From Vicugna vicugna (lineage: Eukaryota), in NCBI GenBank assembly GCA_013265495.1, contig MU057887.1, positions 445,985-509,984 on the forward strand: a stretch of DNA of 64,000 nt, in the 5' to 3' direction. Shown piece by piece: positions 59,601-64,000 of the stretch; the first letter of the stretch is position 1, and each line of letters opens with the position of its first letter. The position numbers were made by a program, and so were the translations under genes. The notes beneath the pieces were generated by a model, which made no database searches, was not told the DNA's origin, and saw only the letters and a list, made by a program, of their open reading frames with translations.

Positions 59601-62600
59601 CCATGAGAAGGTACCTCAAGCTGCACCTCCTGAAAGTCCTCTGACTCTCAGCAGAGAAAGAAGTCAGGGAGGTCGGCTTCAGAGACTCAGCCTGTCGAGG
59701 TGGCACCCCGAGAGTGGGTACCTCTCTCGGGGGTGGGCTCGCTGACGAAGAGCACAAAGCAGGCCTGTTTACAAATTAGCAATGAGAGGTCTCTGTCAGC
59801 ATGACTAGAGCAGCCTCTTTGTGAACAGCTGGAAATGCAAAGGCCAGTCATTTTCGGAAGATGGATAAACCTGGAATCAGAACCAGGAGTTTAATTCATC
59901 CATTTCTGAAAACGGATGGCTCTGGCATAGGACCATGACCCTGGGAATCTGCAGGACGGAGCTGTCCCAGCCCTGGGCAGTGATGGGCGCTGCCCATGTT
60001 TGCCTCCATCCTTTGGTCATACTTCCATGGCCAAGCCCATCCTCATGTCAAAAATTTAGTCAAGACGTGTGGTCTGAGAGCCTGTCTCTTCCAGGTGGCT
60101 TTGTGTATCTGTGCACTGATCTTTAACACTGACCTCAAACTGGATTCTCAAGAGTTAAACTGTGCCCTTAGTTTCCTCAGTCGCAAATGCTGAGAACGGG
60201 ATCATACACAAGTGAGGTAACTGGGTAAATTTTAATAAACAAGTGGGACAGAATTTCGAACTGTAATTCCTTTGGAATTTTATTTACACACGTTATTTTT
60301 GGACTTTCTTAAATAACTAACTTGGTCCAGTTGGCCATGGGGTCTACTATTAAGGACCCTCTAGGTCCCAATGCTCAGGGGCCTTGAGGAAAAGCAAGTG
60401 ACCCAGCAGCAATGCTGTGGGTTCAGCAGAGTGGTCCTCACCCACCTGACTCCCTGTGTTGACTCCTCAACAGCTCACTGAGGGTCCACTAAATCTTGAA
60501 TGAAAACTACTACCCTGATGCATCTTGTTTTTAGATATTTAACTTAGATTTTATTTTTAATCAGCAGTTATCAAACAAACATAGTTTGTTCGGGGTAAAT
60601 TGTCATCTGACTGCAACATGACGCTTGAATTGTAGACGTTCTATTGGAAATTAAGGGCAGAAAGAAACTTACTTTGCCAATGTTAGTATTGTCCAGGGCT
60701 GCGTCTACTTCATCTAAAACAAAGAATGGAGCAGGCCGAAAACTAGAAAAAGATTACAATCAAGTTATAACTCTGTTTCACCGAAGCCATGGAGGAGAGG
60801 ACTAACAGCATTCAGGGTAATGATTCACCCTTTTGGATGCTTCTGTCTACGTCACCAGTAATCTCTGTGTTGCTAAACACGGTGCTCAAGTCTCAGTCCG
60901 CATCCCATGTGACCTTTGCAGGTGGCATCTGGGGTGCTCCTCTCCCCGTTCCTCTGACTCACCCACTGTCCTTCCCAGTCTTTTCTGCCTACTCCTCATC
61001 TGACTTCTTGATGCTGGGGTGCCTTTGCGGCTCAGTGCTTAGAGCACTTCTACCTAATTAGCTCCCTTGGTGATTTCATCTGATCTTAAGGTTTTAGGTA
61101 TCATCCATACACCGATGGCTTCCACGCTTCTATTGATAGTTCTGACCTCTCTCTTGAACCCTCACCTCACATGTCCAGTGGCTTACTCAACAACTCCATG
61201 TGGGTGTAATAACTCAAAATCATGCAGAGTCAAACCCACCTGCCCCTCCAAACCTACTCCTTCCCGTGGTCTTCGCCCTCGCAGTTAACAGCAGCTCTCA
61301 TCACGCCAGTTGATTGGGCCAAAACCCAGAGAGTCACCCCTTGACTCCCTCATACCCCACGCCTTGTCTGCCCAGCCTTCCGTCCCACCGGGGTCCAGCC
61401 CATCATCTTCCACCGCGATCAGCACAGCACTTCCCTAACCTTGTGCCTGCTGCTGCTGCAGCCTGCTCTGTGCAGGTGCCAGGCTCACTCTGGCCTTTGG
61501 GCCTTTGCACCTGTCGTTCCTCATGTCTAGAATATTCTTCCCTTAGAATTCTCCCCTAGAATATCCATCCACAAGGTTTGCTCCCTTAATTAATTCCTTC
61601 AAATCTTTGCTCAAATGTTACTTTTCAAATAGGCTTTCCCAGGAGGCTTTAATGCTGCAAACCATTCTTTACTTACTACCTCCCTTCTTTCGTTGTCTCT
61701 ACAGCATCTGTCATTTTCTAATAGCCTCCATGTTGGAGAATTAGTTTACTATATTCCTTATTTATCACCTTATTTATCTTCACCAACTAAAATGAAGTAT
61801 CTTTGAGACAGGGCATTTGTTTTCTTCATTGCTGTCTCTGTAAGGCCTGTACCACCTCTCGACACACAGTAAATATTTAATAAATGTTTGCTGAATAAAT
61901 GGATGGAGATGGCACCCAGTAATAGTCTTATTCTGCTAAGATTTACTCAACTCAGGCTCCTTTTAGTGTAATGGCCAATTCCTTTTCCTTGAGACCAGTA
62001 AAAACAGTTGTAAAACTTTTATGTTCATCTTCCTGATCATGAAAACAGAGGCAGCATCATCTATACCTTAGATCTTCATCTAAAGCTTTGAATGTTGAAA
62101 TTTGCCTTAATTTTAGCTAACCCTTTTTTCCCTTGATTTATTTTACAAACAGTGCCACCATCATCAGCAGAAATGAGGTTAAACATTTTTGTCCCAGAAG
62201 AAATTGCTTAACATTCACTACTAACCAGCAGATCCTCGCACAGGGATTAGGAAAACAGTATACAAGTTAGGTGTTTTTACTTTGTTTGGGTTTGTTGTTA
62301 CTGTTTTTGGCAATCCTGATTTCACGTGTGGCCACTGATACTCCTTTTTTTTCTTTCTGATTCCTATAAAGATGGAATATTAGTAGATACTGACAGTAAG
62401 AAACTGAATAAAAATCTGTCAAGAACAGAATTCTCTCTTAGATTTGCTATCTAAATTGTTCTAGGCCTAAAACATAACCTGAATTGTCTGGCTGAAAAAA
62501 ATTGTTCTGTATCACATACATAACATGACTAAAGACAAGTAATGAACTGATTACCTGTGCACAGCGAACAGGAGAGCCAGAGCCGCCACACACTTCTCTC

Positions 62601-63853
62601 CCCCTGACAGATTATCCATCGGCATGAACCTTTTGCCTGGGGCCACACAGTTATAGCTAATTCCCTCCAGGTAAGGCTCTTCCGGGTTCTCTGGGCTAAG
62701 AAATGCCTGAAACACATGTTATTTATTCAGCAGTATCAGAAAAGCTATTAGCAAGTTTCAACAGCCACAGAGTTTAACTGCAGAATACCATTGATTAGAC
62801 TTTCCTCCATTTTGATGGAAAGATACCAATGTTCGTAAATAACGTATTTAGCTCTCCATGTGCTCAGACAGCAGGGCTGTCCGGCTGGGGAGCAGAGGGA
62901 AAACACCGCCACAGGCATCAGGGGTGAGCCTTCCCACCAGACTGCCCTCCACCATATGCCGCAGCCTCATGAAAACAATCTTCATTCAAATCACTCATTG
63001 GCCCTTTCGTCAAATCTTTACTGAACACCTATCATGGGCCAGGTACTATGGAAACAGAGATGAATCCTGCCCTCAAGGAATCAGCGGTTTATTTTAGTCC
63101 TACTTTACTGAAAACAAGTAAGGTATTTTTGGTTGCAATTCTAAATATCTGATTCAAGATTACCGGGGAGAGCAGGTGTCTAAGATCTGATCCTTGGAAC
63201 ACATTCCATCCCACAGTCTCTGCTATGGACAATGACCATGGAACGGGGAGACCGTCGTCACAAGGGGCATGTATCTAGATCTGAGTCTTGCCTTTAGTTC
63301 TTTCCTTCTCCTTTGTTACTCCAGGCAACTCCACAGACTCCGGATTCACAGGCTCTCCATTACCCTAACTACTACACAGACCACTGACAGCTCTATAAAC
63401 TCAAGTTTGTACCAGGTAACAGAATTTCAGAGCTGAAGAGAACTTGGAAACCAAATGATCTAACCCACTCATTCTGCAGATGAAGAACCAGGACCAGGAA
63501 GAGTCTGGCTTGTCCCGGCTGGCCAGTGGTGGAGCGAGTAGGATCTAGAACACGGGTCACTGTGACAGCCAGTCTTCACGAGTTGCCTTTGCCCCGTTAA
63601 GTGAGTTGCTCAAACAGTGTGGTGGCAATTTCCCACCAGGAAAAACCCCCACAACAACACAAAGTTCCCACTCAAACTTGGGGGTGAAAAATACATACTT
63701 GGGCACTGTGGTTTCTGCAGAGCTTCTTGTAGATCTGATCAATTGAGACTGAGATGTGCTCAAAACACTGGCTGAAAAGATCGTATCTCCTTTTTTTCAC
63801 CTGTTCAAACTCTTGCCTACATATTCTGGCTTCCTTTCTGCTGGCCTCAAAAG
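56525..63853 (-). CDS. SMC1B: Structural maintenance of chromosomes protein 1B (meiotic cohesin), partial: last five coding exons complement(join(56525-56626,57961-58071,60673-60742,62555-62706,63699-63853))
   Basis: [132 protein letters not shown] signature and Walker B present; synteny with FAM118A. The gene continues beyond the window end. Confidence 0.96.
56814..57307 (+). mobile_element. MER34-like ERV1 solo LTR in the last SMC1B intron
   Basis: CAGAACATGCCACCCAAAATATGCC..GGATTATTTTGAGCT; AATAAA at 57202-57207; ends CTACA. Perfect TSD CTAG (56810-56813 / 57308-57311). Confidence 0.8.
57961..58071 (-). CDS. SMC1B: SMC1B penultimate coding exon
   Basis: [41 protein letters not shown] flanks. 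Confidence 0.94.
60673..60742 (-). CDS. SMC1B: SMC1B exon (Walker B / D-loop)
   Basis: [23 protein letters not shown]; acceptor TTTTCTAG, donor GTAAGT. Confidence 0.95.
60850..61907 (+). mobile_element. L2 LINE 3' portion
   Basis: CT-rich L2-like body ending in the L2 tail ..CACAGTAAATATTTAATAAATGTTTGCTGAATAAATGGATGG. Confidence 0.65.
62555..62706 (-). CDS. SMC1B: SMC1B exon (ABC signature LSGGE)
   Basis: [50 protein letters not shown]; donor GTAATC. Confidence 0.95.
63699..63853 (-). CDS. SMC1B: SMC1B exon (C-terminal coiled coil into head)
   Basis: Acceptor CTCTTAG; (A)[51 protein letters not shown]; donor GTATGT. Confidence 0.94.
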
Positions 63854-64000
63854 CTAAGAGAGAATCAATGTTCTTTATTTTGGAGAACACCAAGGTTTTC
63901 TCAACTTTAAAGCATAAAATATTTCTAACATTGGATTTTGAGTCTGGTTCTCTTTAGTAAAGTCTACCTTCAAAATACCTCAAGTGTTATTAATTCCAAG

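Noticed and set aside
1..64000. CRISPR arrays, operons, rRNA or other prokaryotic-type systems
   Set aside because: The sequence is clearly mammalian with spliced genes; no regularly spaced direct-repeat array or rRNA-like sequence was seen.

Overview
Mammalian genomic DNA, most likely a camelid (alpaca/camel). The inference rests on about 8 copies of a short tRNA-Ala(AGC)-derived SINE resembling Vic-1 and no obvious Alu, Bov-A/BovB or PRE1 elements. The window holds the conserved UPK3A - FAM118A - SMC1B block. UPK3A (+) is complete: 6 coding exons, 11548-19102, 864 nt = 287 aa. FAM118A (+) is complete: CpG-island promoter ~27.8-28.6 kb, non-coding exon 1, 8 coding exons, 38654-52995, 1074 nt = 357 aa. 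SMC1B (-) contributes its last five coding exons (63853 down to the stop at 56525), converging on FAM118A. All introns were checked by hand as GT-AG with consistent phases. The rest is intron and intergenic sequence rich in L1, L2/MIR, MaLR and ERV1 solo LTRs, and MER DNA transposons; repeat family names are from recall and need RepeatMasker confirmation. The most interesting item is FAM118A, which carries SIR2/SIR2_2-type motifs (GTGVS, TTNYD, HIHG, FVGCG) like bacterial antiphage NADases, plus an in-frame-skippable exon with a bipartite NLS-like motif. Also notable are an apparent T244N change at a reported CK2 site of UPK3A, a twin-primed 5'-inverted L1, and several insertions with readable target-site duplications (TSDs). 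I found no evidence for a wholly new gene; most ORFs in the supplied track are spurious.
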